64,000 nucleotides of DNA from Planctomycetota bacterium (GTDB lineage Bacteria; Planctomycetota; UBA1135; UBA2386), in NCBI GenBank assembly GCA_031423015.1, contig JANPER010000150.1, positions 3,330 through 67,329 on the forward strand. The letters are read 5' to 3'. The notes beneath the pieces are model-generated. The model was not told the origin of the DNA. It saw only the letters and a program-made list of their open reading frames with translations, and did not search any database. The position numbers and the translations under genes were made by a program. Positions 40,954-50,468 of the stretch are shown here, in pieces (position 1 is the first letter of the stretch; the number at the start of each line of letters is the position of its first letter).

Positions 40954-42404
40954 TGCGCGCGCCCAGCGGCACGGGTGCCGCTGCCTTGCCGTTGGGTCAG
41001 GCGATCGCCGAGATCGCCGCGCATGCGATCGGCCCGTGCCGTGAGCGCGAGCACGACGTGTGGCAGGGTCGCCGCGAGGTTGAAGCGTTCACCCGGGTCG
41101 GCCTCCAGGTCATAGAGCGCGAGGCCGGTGGGCACGCCGTGCGCGTACGCCCCGGGTCGACCGTTGTCGCCGGGGGCACGGTCCTGCATCGAGCGATAGC
41201 GATGCTGGAAGTGCAGCTTCCACTTGCCGGTCCGCATCGCCTCCAGGTCGTTGTCGTGGTACCAGAAGAACAGGGCGTCCGGCGCGGTCCGTCCGTCGCG
41301 TTCCCCCGCGAGCAACGGCCAGATGTCCGTGCCGTCGATCGGATGCGGCGGCAGCTCGGCGCCCAGCAGCCGCGCGAGCGTGGGCAGCACGTCGATGGTC
41401 ATCGCCGGCGCGCGGCAGACGTGGCCCGCGGGCAGATGACCTGGCCAGCGCAGCAAGCATGGCACGCGCACGCCGCCCTCGAACGTGGTGCCCTTGCCCT
41501 CGCGCAGCGGCCCCGCCGAGCCGGCGTGGTTGCCGTAGCTGAGCCAAGGGCCGTTGTCGGAGATGAACAGCACGAGGGTGTCGCGCGCGAGTTCGAGGCG
41601 ATCCAGCGTCTCCAAGATGCGGCCGACCTCACGGTCGATCTCCTCGACCACGTCGCCGTACAGGCCAGCTGCCGAGCGACCGCGCGCATCCTGGGCGGCG
41701 TGCAGCGGCACGTGCGGCATCGGCTGCGCCAGGTACACGAAGAACGGCTGGCGGCGCGCGGCGCTTCTGGTGATGAAGTCGATGGCGCGCGAGGTGAAGT
41801 CGTGCGTGAAGCGATCCTGATCGGGGTCACGCGCGACGATCGCGTCGCCCTCGATCAGCGGCAGGGGCGGGTAGGACTTGGGCGCTTCCGGATGCGCCGG
41901 GTGCATGTCGTTGCTGTACGGGATCCCATAGAACTCGTCGAAGCCGTGGCGGCGCGGCAGGAACGGGGCCAGGTGCCCGAGGTGCCATTTGCCAAAGGCG
42001 GCGGTGGCGTGCCCTTGCTGTTTGCAGATCTCGGCCAGGGTGACCTCGTCTTGGTGGAGGCCGTGCTTGGCGTTGGGGCCGAGCGCGCCATGAATCCCGA
42101 TGCGGTTGGCGTAGCAGCCGGTGAGCAGCGAAGCGCGCGACGCGGAGCACACCGGCTGGCTGACGTAGAAGTCGGTGCAACGGACCCCGTCGCGCGCCAG
42201 GCTGTCGAGGTGCGGCGTGCGGATGGTCGGGTGGCCAAAGCAACCGAGATCGCCGTAGCCCAGGTCGTCGACCAACACGAGCACGATGTTGGGCAGCGAC
42301 GCGCGGGAGGGCGAGTCGAGCTTGACCGGTGGTGTCGATTGAGGCGGGGCCGCGGGGCTCGCCGACAGCAGCGCACAACCGAGAAAGAGCCGAGTGGCCA
42401 GCAT
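40950..42404 (-). CDS. Arylsulfatase (type I sulfatase family)
   Basis: The signal-like segment is MLATRLFLGCALLSASPA. The sulfatase signature is NIVLVLVDDLGYGDLGCFG and VCSASRASLLTG (a C-x-A-x-R variant of the formylglycine motif). Also present are GKWHLG and FISDNGP. Confidence 0.9.
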   Translation of the reverse strand: MLATRLFLGCALLSASPAAPPQSTPPVKLDSPSRASLPNIVLVLVDDLGYGDLGCFGHPTIRTPHLDSLARDGVRCTDFYVSQPVCSASRASLLTGCYANRIGIHGALGPNAKHGLHQDEVTLAEICKQQGHATAAFGKWHLGHLAPFLPRRHGFDEFYGIPYSNDMHPAHPEAPKSYPPLPLIEGDAIVARDPDQDRFTHDFTSRAIDFITRSAARRQPFFVYLAQPMPHVPLHAAQDARGRSAAGLYGDVVEEIDREVGRILETLDRLELARDTLVLFISDNGPWLSYGNHAGSAGPLREGKGTTFEGGVRVPCLLRWPGHLPAGHVCRAPAMTIDVLPTLARLLGAELPPHPIDGTDIWPLLAGERDGRTAPDALFFWYHDNDLEAMRTGKWKLHFQHRYRSMQDRAPGDNGRPGAYAHGVPTGLALYDLEADPGERFNLAATLPHVVLALTARADRMRGDLGDRLTQRQGSGTRAAGRAQ

Positions 42405-42692
42405 GGCTTGCAGGATAGGGCGAGTGGCCGACTGATCGAGCGCCTGTTAGGGAGGGTCGAGGTGCCACCGTCCATTTCGTGGTGCCCTGCGCCGCAAGTG
42501 ACCCAGCCCAACCAGGGGTTTCAGCGGCCGACGGCATCGGCAACTTCTCTCGGACGCATCAGAAACGGAGCGATGGAGTTGTGCTGGACCACGAAACAGT
42601 GGGCGGCACCGGCCCCGGAGTTTGGTTATCGTCTCCTCTCTGCCTGTCCCGTTTCCGTGGCCGCGCCCACTGGCGCCAACTCACACAACCTC

Positions 42693-45092
42693 ATGCCTCG
42701 ATCTTCTCGCTTCTCGCTTCTCTCTACCTTGGCGTTGAGCGTCACGCTCTGCGCCCAAGACGATGTGGGTGCTGTCCAACCCGGCAGCCGCCCGCTGATC
42801 CAGCTGCACTACACCGCGTTCGACCCGCTGGTGGGGGAACCCCCCGTCGCCGGCGCGCTGAGCGCGGACGCCGACAGCCGGCTCTGCCTGGTGCAGTTCA
42901 ACACCGAGCCGACCGACGCGCACCGCGACGCGCTGCGCCGCGCGGGCGCCGAGGTGCACTGGTATGCACCCCACCAGGCCTACGTCGTGCGGCACGACGC
43001 GACCAAGCACCACGAACTCGCGGCGCTGTCTGGTGTGCGCTGGGTAGGTGCCATGCATCCGGCCTACAAGCTGCAACCGTCCTTGCTGGCCGAGCTGACG
43101 AGCGGAGCAACCCTCGAACGCCGTACCTACATTCTGGTGTTGGTCGATCCTCGCGCCGATGAGCCGGCGATCGTCGCCGCCGTCACCCGCGTCGGCGGCG
43201 AGATGTGGCGCTACTCCGGTGGCAACATCCTGATCGAGGCCAAGCTGACCGCAGCCCAGACCGTCGCCATGGCGCACGAGGACTCCGTGCTGTGGATGCA
43301 GGTGGCTACGGCACCGGAGACCGACATGGACAACGCCCGCGTCCAGGGTGGTGGCAACTACGTGCAGGCCGCTGGTGGTCACACCGGCAAGGGCGTGCGC
43401 GGCCACATCATGGAAGGCATCTACAACACGCATCCGGAGTTCGCGGCGAACGCGTATCGCACCGCGCCGGTCGCGGTGTTCAGCGGCGTGGCGACCACGC
43501 ACGGCAACTCGACGTTCGGCGAGATCTTTTCGTCCGGCGTGCTGCCAGCGGCGCGCGGCATGTGTCCAGACGGCCAGGGCTACTTCACCGACTACAACTA
43601 CATCTTCGCCACCGCGGCGGGGAGCAACGCACAGAACAGCCGCTACGGCGTGGTGCGTGAGATCACCGATCCCACCAAGCAGTGGAAGGTGATGTTCCAG
43701 ACCGCTTCCTGGGGCTTCCCGCAGATCACGACCTACGACGCGCGCTCGGCCGAGATGGACTGGGTCATTCACCAGTTCGACATCCCGATCTGCCAGAGCC
43801 AGTCGAACACCAGCAACCAGACCTCGCGCCCGCAGGCGTGGGCCAAGAACATCATCAGCGTCGGCGCGCTGAACCACCTCAACACCGCGAGCCCCAACGA
43901 TGACACGCAGAGTGGCACCAGCATGGGGCCGGCGACCGACCTGCGCATCAAGCCTGACCTTTGCGCCTACTACGACGGCATCCACACCACCAACGGCGCC
44001 ACCACCTACACCACGGGCTTCGGCGGCACGTCGGGCGCCACGCCGATGGTCGCGGGCCATCTCGGCCTGATGTTGGAGCTGTACACCGACGGCCTGTTCG
44101 GCCACCCGGCCGCGCCGACCTGGCAGGATCGCTTCGCCTACAAGCCGCACTTCTCGACGGCCAAGGCGCTGCTGATCAACACCGCGCGGCAGTACGACCC
44201 AGCCATCAACGGCGCCGGCGCGACGTCGCGCTTCCGCCAGGGCTGGGGCTTCCCGGCGCTCAACGACCTGTACGACCTACGCAACAACATCCTCGTGCTC
44301 AATGAGCTGGACGTGTTGAGGCAAGGCCAGACGCGCACCTACTTCGTGCACGTCAAGCCGGGCACGCCGCAGTTCCGTGCCACGATGGTGTACGCGGACC
44401 TGCCGACGGCGCCGAATTTCTTGTCGCCGCACCGCGTGAACGACCTCAACCTGCGCGTGCGCGACCCCAACGGCGTCGTCTACCACGGCAACAACGGCAT
44501 GGCGCCGACCACCATGACGTCGGCTAACCTGTACACGACGCCCGGTGGCTCGCCCAACGGCCTCGATACCGTCGAGAACGTGTACGTGCGGACGCCGCAG
44601 CACGGTGTGTGGCAGCTCGACGTGAGTGCGCCGCTAGTGGCGCTCGACCAGCATGTCGAGACGCCGGCCGTCGACGCCGACTTCGCCCTGGTCGCGAGTG
44701 GCATCGCCGCGGGTCGCGATCGTTCCGGCCCTGTGTTGGACCTGGTGACCGGGCCGGGCACCCTGACCCTCAGCATCACCAACAACCCCGCGACCTACAC
44801 GGATGGCTACGTGATGTTCTCGCTGGCGACCACGTTGCCCTACGCGATGGGCAACTTCCTGGGCCTCGAGGCCGATGCGCTGGCGCTGTCGAGCCTGACC
44901 TCCCCGGCTGCCGTCGGCAACGTGTTTCACTTTCTGCCTGCCGGCGCCGGCGTGTTCCCGAACGCGCCGTTCGTGTTCCCCGGCTTCATCGTCACGATCC
45001 TCCAGGGTCGCACGCTCGACGCGGTGGGGTTCTACTTCAACGCCGGCCAGATCCACGCTTCGACCAACGTCGATCGCGTGACCGTGCAATGA
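42693..45092 (+). CDS. Secreted S8 (subtilisin/kexin-like) serine peptidase with P-domain-like region and shared C-terminal module
   Basis: ATG at 42693 lies inside the long ORF 40809..45092. The signal is MPRSSRFSLLSTLALSVTLCAQ. The His motif is TTHGNSTFGEIF and the Ser motif is GFGGTSGATPMVAGHLGL. The P-domain-like stretch is VNDLNLRVRDPNG...VENVYV. Confidence 0.85.
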   Translation: MPRSSRFSLLSTLALSVTLCAQDDVGAVQPGSRPLIQLHYTAFDPLVGEPPVAGALSADADSRLCLVQFNTEPTDAHRDALRRAGAEVHWYAPHQAYVVRHDATKHHELAALSGVRWVGAMHPAYKLQPSLLAELTSGATLERRTYILVLVDPRADEPAIVAAVTRVGGEMWRYSGGNILIEAKLTAAQTVAMAHEDSVLWMQVATAPETDMDNARVQGGGNYVQAAGGHTGKGVRGHIMEGIYNTHPEFAANAYRTAPVAVFSGVATTHGNSTFGEIFSSGVLPAARGMCPDGQGYFTDYNYIFATAAGSNAQNSRYGVVREITDPTKQWKVMFQTASWGFPQITTYDARSAEMDWVIHQFDIPICQSQSNTSNQTSRPQAWAKNIISVGALNHLNTASPNDDTQSGTSMGPATDLRIKPDLCAYYDGIHTTNGATTYTTGFGGTSGATPMVAGHLGLMLELYTDGLFGHPAAPTWQDRFAYKPHFSTAKALLINTARQYDPAINGAGATSRFRQGWGFPALNDLYDLRNNILVLNELDVLRQGQTRTYFVHVKPGTPQFRATMVYADLPTAPNFLSPHRVNDLNLRVRDPNGVVYHGNNGMAPTTMTSANLYTTPGGSPNGLDTVENVYVRTPQHGVWQLDVSAPLVALDQHVETPAVDADFALVASGIAAGRDRSGPVLDLVTGPGTLTLSITNNPATYTDGYVMFSLATTLPYAMGNFLGLEADALALSSLTSPAAVGNVFHFLPAGAGVFPNAPFVFPGFIVTILQGRTLDAVGFYFNAGQIHASTNVDRVTVQ

Positions 45093-45120
45093 TCGAGTAT
45101 CAGGCCCTAAGACCTAAGTC

Positions 45121-45864
45121 CTAAGGCTTCTGCCACACGCCGTCGAAGCGATACGTCAGCAGATCTTCGTCGTCGTACGTGCGCAGGTAGCCGTGCTTGC
45201 GGTTCTGTTCGAGCAGCGCCCGATCCTGGTGTCGCACCAGTTCGATCGACCGAAGGCCGGCTCCAGCCAAGACGTTGAGCCAACCTGACAGTCTGAGGCG
45301 ATTGACGTAGCTGCTGCGGTTCCAGGCCATCAGGCGCCACACCGCGGCGGTGTACTTCAGGCAGTCGTACTGCTTGCCGGCGTCGAACATGTGGTAGTGG
45401 TCGCGGAGGTCGACACGGCACACGAGTCGGCCACCCGGCCGCAGCACGCGAAGGATCTCGCGCGCCGATTCCTCCGGCCAGCGGAAGTGTTGCATGCAGT
45501 AGCACGCCCAGATCAGATCCTTGCTGGCGTTGGCGAACGGCAGCTGGTGGCCGTCGTAGATGCGGTACTGGATGCCGTCGCGCGCGGCCGCCGAGTCGGC
45601 GTGGTAGCGCGTGACGTCTGCGGCCGCGACTGACTTGGCACCGCCCTCGTGCCGCGCGATGCGCAACACGTCGAGAGTCTTGCCAACCCCGAGTTCGAGG
45701 ATGTCCTGGTCCTTGCAGTCACCGTGCTTGCGATAGAACTCGAACAACTCGCGCGCGCGGCGCGGGTCGCCGTCGATCCCGGTAACGTGTTTGCCGGTGG
45801 CGTAGCGCCGGACAGGCGCAAGGCCCAGGAGGGCGTTCTGGGCGATCGACTTCAGGACGTGCAT
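45121..45864 (-). CDS. Class I SAM-dependent methyltransferase
   Basis: ATG at 45864. The motif I-like segment is ILELGVGKTLDVL. The post-I/II region is ASKDLIWACYCMQHF and LRVLRPGGRLV. Confidence 0.7.
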   Translation of the reverse strand: MHVLKSIAQNALLGLAPVRRYATGKHVTGIDGDPRRARELFEFYRKHGDCKDQDILELGVGKTLDVLRIARHEGGAKSVAAADVTRYHADSAAARDGIQYRIYDGHQLPFANASKDLIWACYCMQHFRWPEESAREILRVLRPGGRLVCRVDLRDHYHMFDAGKQYDCLKYTAAVWRLMAWNRSSYVNRLRLSGWLNVLAGAGLRSIELVRHQDRALLEQNRKHGYLRTYDDEDLLTYRFDGVWQKP

Positions 45865-45883
45865 CGATGTGAGGGGGCGTGGC

Positions 45884-46651
45884 TCAAGCCAGACGGTCCA
45901 GACTGGCCGTGAGGTTGCAAAACTCAGAGGGGGGACAGGCATAGTAGGCTTCGGCGAAGGGGACTTGGTGCCGAAGGCCGCGATACTTGTTCAGGCCCAT
46001 GATGGCGCTGACGTAGTCGCGGTCTTCGAGCTGGGAGGCGTAGCAGGCGATCGCGCGCTCTTTCTCGGCCGCGACGCTGGTGATGTCGATGCAGACATTG
46101 GGCCACAATGGGGTCCAGACTTCGTAGGCCCAGACCTCGCCGCGGAACGACGCGGCCGTGGCGGCTTGGCCGGTGGCGAGCGCAGTGGCTTGATGATCGG
46201 CGTGCGAGTCGGCCGGGAACGGGCACAGGATCTGGGTTGGGCCAAACGTGCCGACGGCCGCGGTCAAGCGCTCGCGCATCGCGCGCTCGTGCTGCACCAG
46301 CTGGCCATCCGGGAAGCCGAGGACTTCTTGGCTGGCGTAGCCAAGCACCTTCTGGGCTGCGGCCACCTCGTTCAGGCGCGCGGTGCGCACACGCTCGCGC
46401 GCGTCGGCATTTTGGCTGCCGCCGCTGCTGTCGCTGGTGAAGACCACATGCACCGTGCTGCCCACGCGTGCGTGCAGCAGCAGGGTGCCCCCGCACGGGA
46501 TCGCCTCGTCGTCCATGTGTGGCGCGATCACCAGTACGCGCTCCTTCTGCACCGTGCGTAGGCGCGACGGCATGCGGTGGGTCGCGCGGCGCAAGGCCAC
46601 GAGGAAGCGGCGCGCGACGGCGCGACGCAAGCGATCAACGAAGGAAGTCAC
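45884..46651 (-). CDS. PIG-L/LmbE-family N-acetylglucosaminyl deacetylase
   Basis: The signature is VLVIAPHMDDEAIPCGG, with a later HADHQA. It lies 19 nt upstream of the methyltransferase start, so it is probably in the same operon. Confidence 0.8.
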   Translation of the reverse strand: MTSFVDRLRRAVARRFLVALRRATHRMPSRLRTVQKERVLVIAPHMDDEAIPCGGTLLLHARVGSTVHVVFTSDSSGGSQNADARERVRTARLNEVAAAQKVLGYASQEVLGFPDGQLVQHERAMRERLTAAVGTFGPTQILCPFPADSHADHQATALATGQAATAASFRGEVWAYEVWTPLWPNVCIDITSVAAEKERAIACYASQLEDRDYVSAIMGLNKYRGLRHQVPFAEAYYACPPSEFCNLTASLDRLA

Positions 46652-46796
46652 GAGAGCGGGTGGGTTCGAGGAAGCCTACGTCGGCGCCAGAATGGCTCGT
46701 GCCGAGTCCGCAACCTCATAGCCGCTGCGCCCCGTTGCCAGCGCAGTTTCGTGCGCCGGCCGAGCCACGTTTGTCCCGTAGCGGGACGGATCGCGT

Positions 46797-48425
46797 TCAC
46801 GCACCCATGAACGGATAGCGATAGTCGGTCGCGGGCAAGAAGGTCTCCTTGATCGTGCGCACCGTCGTCCAGCGCGTGAGGTTCAGCTTGCTGCCGGCCT
46901 TGTCGTTGGTGCCCGAGGCGCGCCCGCCACCGAACGGCTGCTGGCCAACCACTGCGCCGGTGGGCTTGTCGTTGATGTAGAAGTTGCCCGCCGCGTGCCG
47001 CAATGCGTCGGAGATCTTGCGGATGACGGTGCGATCGCGCGCGAACACAGCGCCGGTGAGCGCGTAAGGCGACGCGCTATCGCAGGTTGCCAGCGCCTCG
47101 TCGAGGCGGGCGTCGTCGTACACGAACACGCTCAGCACCGGGCCGAAGATCTCCTCACACATCGTGCGCGCCTTGGGGTCGGTGCACACGATCACGGTGG
47201 GTCGGATGAACCAACCGGTGCGACTGTCGCACTCGCCGCCGACCAGGATCTGGCTGTTCGGGCTCTTCTTGGCTTCGTCGATGTAGCCCTTGATCGTGGC
47301 GTAGGCCTTGTCGTCGATCACCGCGTTGAAGAAGTTGTCGAAGTTCTCGGGGCCGCCCATGGTGATGCCGCGCACCGTCTCGACCAAGCGTTCCTTGACG
47401 CGCGGCCACAGGGAGGCCGGGACGTAGGCGCGGCTCGCGGCGGAACACTTCTGGCCCTGATACTCGAAGGCGCCGCGCACCAACGCCGTCACCAGCTCGT
47501 CGACGTCGCATGAGGCATGCGCGAACACGAAGTCCTTGCCACCGGTCTCGCCGACGATGCGCGGGTAGTTGCGGTAACGATCCATGCCGTTGGCGATGGT
47601 CTTCCACATGCCGTTGAACACGCTGGTGGAGCCGGTGAAGTGGATGCCGGCGAGGTCGGGCGAGGCGAGCGCGGGGTTGCCGATGGTGGCGCCGGAGCCC
47701 GGTACGAAGTTGATGACGCCTGGCGGCAGACCCGCGGCTGCCAGCAGCTGCATGATGAAGTGTCCTGAGTAGATCGCGCTCGACGCCGGCTTCCACAGGA
47801 CGACGTTGCCCATCAAGGCTGGAGCGGTCGGCAAGTTGCCGGCGATCGACGTGAAGTTGAACGGCGTCACCGCGAACACGAAGCCCTCGAGCGGTCGCTG
47901 CTCGACGCGATTCCAGCAACCCTTGCTGCTGATCGGTTGTTCCGCGTACAGCTGGGTCATGTAGTCGACGTTGAAGCGGAAAAAATCGATCAGTTCGCAA
48001 GCTGCGTCGATCTCCGCTTGGAAGGCCGACTTGCTCTGGCCCAGCATGGTGGCGCCGTTGAGCACGTTGCGCCACGCGCCCGCGAGCAGGTCGGCGGCGC
48101 GCAAGAAGATCGCGGCGCGGTCTTCCCACGCCATGCGCGACCACTCTGGCCATGCCAGCTTTCCGGCTTCGATGGCGCGCTCCACGTGGGCGGCGTCACC
48201 TTGGTGGAACGTCGCCAGCACGTGCGCATGCTCGTGTGGGCAAGTCGCTTTGCCGGTCTTGCCAGTGCGGACCTCTTGCCCACCGATGATCAGGGGGACC
48301 TCGACGGCTTCGGCGCGCATCCGTTGCAACTGTGCCTGCAGCGCCTGCCGTTCGGGCGCGCCCTTGGCGTACGACAAGATGGGTTCGTTGATCGGGGTAG
48401 GGACCCGGGAAATGGCATGCGACAT
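46797..48425 (-). CDS. pruA: L-glutamate gamma-semialdehyde (1-pyrroline-5-carboxylate) dehydrogenase
   Basis: ATG at 48425 (MSHAISRVPTPINEPILSYAKG...). ALDH motifs are FTGSTSVF, ETGGKDF and the Cys in YQGQKCSAASR. The overall N-terminal pattern is typical of PruA/RocA-type enzymes. Confidence 0.88.
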   Translation of the reverse strand: MSHAISRVPTPINEPILSYAKGAPERQALQAQLQRMRAEAVEVPLIIGGQEVRTGKTGKATCPHEHAHVLATFHQGDAAHVERAIEAGKLAWPEWSRMAWEDRAAIFLRAADLLAGAWRNVLNGATMLGQSKSAFQAEIDAACELIDFFRFNVDYMTQLYAEQPISSKGCWNRVEQRPLEGFVFAVTPFNFTSIAGNLPTAPALMGNVVLWKPASSAIYSGHFIMQLLAAAGLPPGVINFVPGSGATIGNPALASPDLAGIHFTGSTSVFNGMWKTIANGMDRYRNYPRIVGETGGKDFVFAHASCDVDELVTALVRGAFEYQGQKCSAASRAYVPASLWPRVKERLVETVRGITMGGPENFDNFFNAVIDDKAYATIKGYIDEAKKSPNSQILVGGECDSRTGWFIRPTVIVCTDPKARTMCEEIFGPVLSVFVYDDARLDEALATCDSASPYALTGAVFARDRTVIRKISDALRHAAGNFYINDKPTGAVVGQQPFGGGRASGTNDKAGSKLNLTRWTTVRTIKETFLPATDYRYPFMGA

Positions 48426-48483
48426 GGGCGCGATGCTACCAAGCTGGTTGGCCAGTCTCGAAGCTCGAAGGCTGCGCTGCTGA

Positions 48484-49431
48484 TCAGACTGACTCGGCCA
48501 GCCACTCCGCGAGCAGGCCATCGCGCAGCGACACGCGCGGCACGAGCACGGCCCCGACGGCAAGCTGCTGCAAGAGCCAGGCGTAGACCGAAAGCGCCAC
48601 GACCACCAGATCGGCGCGGTCCTGGCTGAGCCCGAACTGCCGCGTGCGCTCGCTCGCCGACAGCTCCGCGAGTTGTACGCGCCAGCGCGCCAGTACGGCG
48701 GCGGGCACCGCGTCGACGCCCTCGAAGCTGACGCCGCGGCCAGCACCCGCCTCGAGGTCCGCGACGATGTCGATGCTGCTGCCGATCCCCAGCAAGCGCT
48801 CGACGCGCGCGTCGGCGAGTTGGTCATGGGCGATGGCGCCGCGTTGTGCGATCAGTGCGTCGAGGGTCGCGAGCAAGGGCGCGCCGAGCCGATTCCTGTC
48901 GCTCGGTGGCAGCGCGTCGTGCAGGCGCAGCGAACCGAGCGGGTAGGACGCGCTGCTCACGCGCGCGCCAGCGTCGATCACGACGATCTCGAGGCTGCCG
49001 GCGCCCAGGTCCACGAGCGCGCTGCGTCCCCGACTTAGGTCGAAGCGCCGCCCGACCGCCGCGTGTAGCAGAGCGGCTTCGCGATCGCCGTCGATGATCT
49101 GCAGATCGACCCCTGCCGCGTTCACCGCGCGTAGTAGCTCGGCACCGTTCCGCGCCGTTCGCGCCGCCGACGTGGCGACGGCGCGAACGTCAGTCACGCC
49201 GAGGCGATCGCAGACGCTGCGGAACAGCCCCAGCGCATGCGCGACGCCGGCGATCGTGGTCGAAGTGAGAGCGCCCGACACGAACACGTCGTGGCCAACG
49301 CGGATCGGCGTGCGCTCGTCGTGCAGCGTGCTGGTGCGGTCGTCAGCGACTTCGATGACCCGTGTGCGCACGGCGTTGGAGCCGACATCGACCAGGCCGA
49401 TACGGCGGGGGCGTGCAGCCGAGCCGCTCAC
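48484..49431 (-). CDS. Ppx/GppA-family phosphatase (N-terminal ASKHA domains only)
   Basis: The GTG at 49431 overlaps the upstream stop (GTGA). Motifs are RIGLVDVGSNAVRTRVIEV, AVATSAAR and DLGAGSLEIV. At ~315 aa it lacks an HD-type C-terminal domain. Confidence 0.78.
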   Translation of the reverse strand: MSGSAARPRRIGLVDVGSNAVRTRVIEVADDRTSTLHDERTPIRVGHDVFVSGALTSTTIAGVAHALGLFRSVCDRLGVTDVRAVATSAARTARNGAELLRAVNAAGVDLQIIDGDREAALLHAAVGRRFDLSRGRSALVDLGAGSLEIVVIDAGARVSSASYPLGSLRLHDALPPSDRNRLGAPLLATLDALIAQRGAIAHDQLADARVERLLGIGSSIDIVADLEAGAGRGVSFEGVDAVPAAVLARWRVQLAELSASERTRQFGLSQDRADLVVVALSVYAWLLQQLAVGAVLVPRVSLRDGLLAEWLAESV

Positions 49432-50468
49432 TCGTCGATCCGTCGCTGCCTGTCGGGAGAGGCCTCGATTGCACCCTTGGCCTCGACGCGCGTCGCGCGC
49501 GCCGGAATCTGCAAGATGATGTTGCCGGAGCCGTGGTGGTGGATCTGCACTGGGGTGGCGTCCTCGCGCGTCGGCGCAACGCGGGCCGCGTCGACCTGCG
49601 CGCGCAGGTGTTCGGCCTCGTCGGCGGCAGCCTCGGCGCGCATGCGGGCTTGTTCGCACGCCGCGTCGCTGGCCTTGCCCGCGCCCACGGCTCGGTCCAG
49701 TTCGGCGGTCAACTTGTCGCGGGCGCTGACCGTGGTCGCGAGTTCCTCGGCGAGTGTTTGCGCCTGCGCGGTGAGCGACGCGTGGTCGCGAGCAGCCGCG
49801 TCGGCGCGCTGGATCTGCGCCGCGACCTGGGCTTGCAGTTGGCCGACGGTGGTCTCGGTGGTGGCCAGACGGGCGCGCAGGTCGTGGGCCTTCGCTGTCT
49901 GCTCACTCTGCGCCAGCTCAGCGCCTTGTGCGGCGGCGCGGCTCGCGGCCAATTCGGTGCGCAGCGTCGTGAGCGCGGCGGCGTGCGCGTGCTCGCGCCG
50001 CGCCGCGTCTGCCCCGCGCTTTTCTTGGGCTGCCGCGTCCGCTGCTGCGCGCTGTTCGAGGCGCGCTACCGTTGTTTCGAGTTCGCGTTCGTGTTGCGCG
50101 CGCTGCTCAACGTGTTGGCGCATGCCGTCGACCTCGCGCTTACTCGTCACCAGGTCAGCGCGGGCGGCGGCGAGTTCCTGTTGTGCGGACTCGAGGTCGC
50201 GTTCCCGCTGGCGCAGTTGCGTCATCGCTACCGTGAGCTGCTGGCGTAGCGTCTCGTTGACGGCTTGCAGCTGGTCGGTCTCGGTCTGTGCCGTCATCAC
50301 GTTGACCAGGCTGGCGTCGACTTTCGACAACGCGGCCTCGAGACGCTTGACGGTGTCCCGCACTTTGTCGGTATCCTGCGCCCTCGCCGGGCAGCAGAGC
50401 CCCGACAGCGAAGAAACCGCCGTGAGTACCAGAGACAAACAAGTGCGCGCGAAAGCCGTGTCGATCAT
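49428..50468 (-). CDS. Secreted coiled-coil protein (hypothetical)
   Basis: ATG at 50468. The signal is MIDTAFARTCLSLVLTAVSSLSGLCCPARA/QD. About 280 aa follow of Ala/Glu/Arg/Gln-rich sequence that looks heptad-compatible by eye. The C-terminus contains HHHGSG. Confidence 0.55.
   Translation of the reverse strand: MIDTAFARTCLSLVLTAVSSLSGLCCPARAQDTDKVRDTVKRLEAALSKVDASLVNVMTAQTETDQLQAVNETLRQQLTVAMTQLRQRERDLESAQQELAAARADLVTSKREVDGMRQHVEQRAQHERELETTVARLEQRAAADAAAQEKRGADAARREHAHAAALTTLRTELAASRAAAQGAELAQSEQTAKAHDLRARLATTETTVGQLQAQVAAQIQRADAAARDHASLTAQAQTLAEELATTVSARDKLTAELDRAVGAGKASDAACEQARMRAEAAADEAEHLRAQVDAARVAPTREDATPVQIHHHGSGNIILQIPARATRVEAKGAIEASPDRQRRIDE

Noticed and set aside
40809-42692. 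N-terminal 628 aa of the 1427-aa + strand ORF that ends as the S8 peptidase
   Set aside because: This part is antisense to the well-supported sulfatase gene and has low-complexity Arg/Gly/Ala content. A proper signal peptide follows the internal ATG at 42693, so only 42693..45092 is called.
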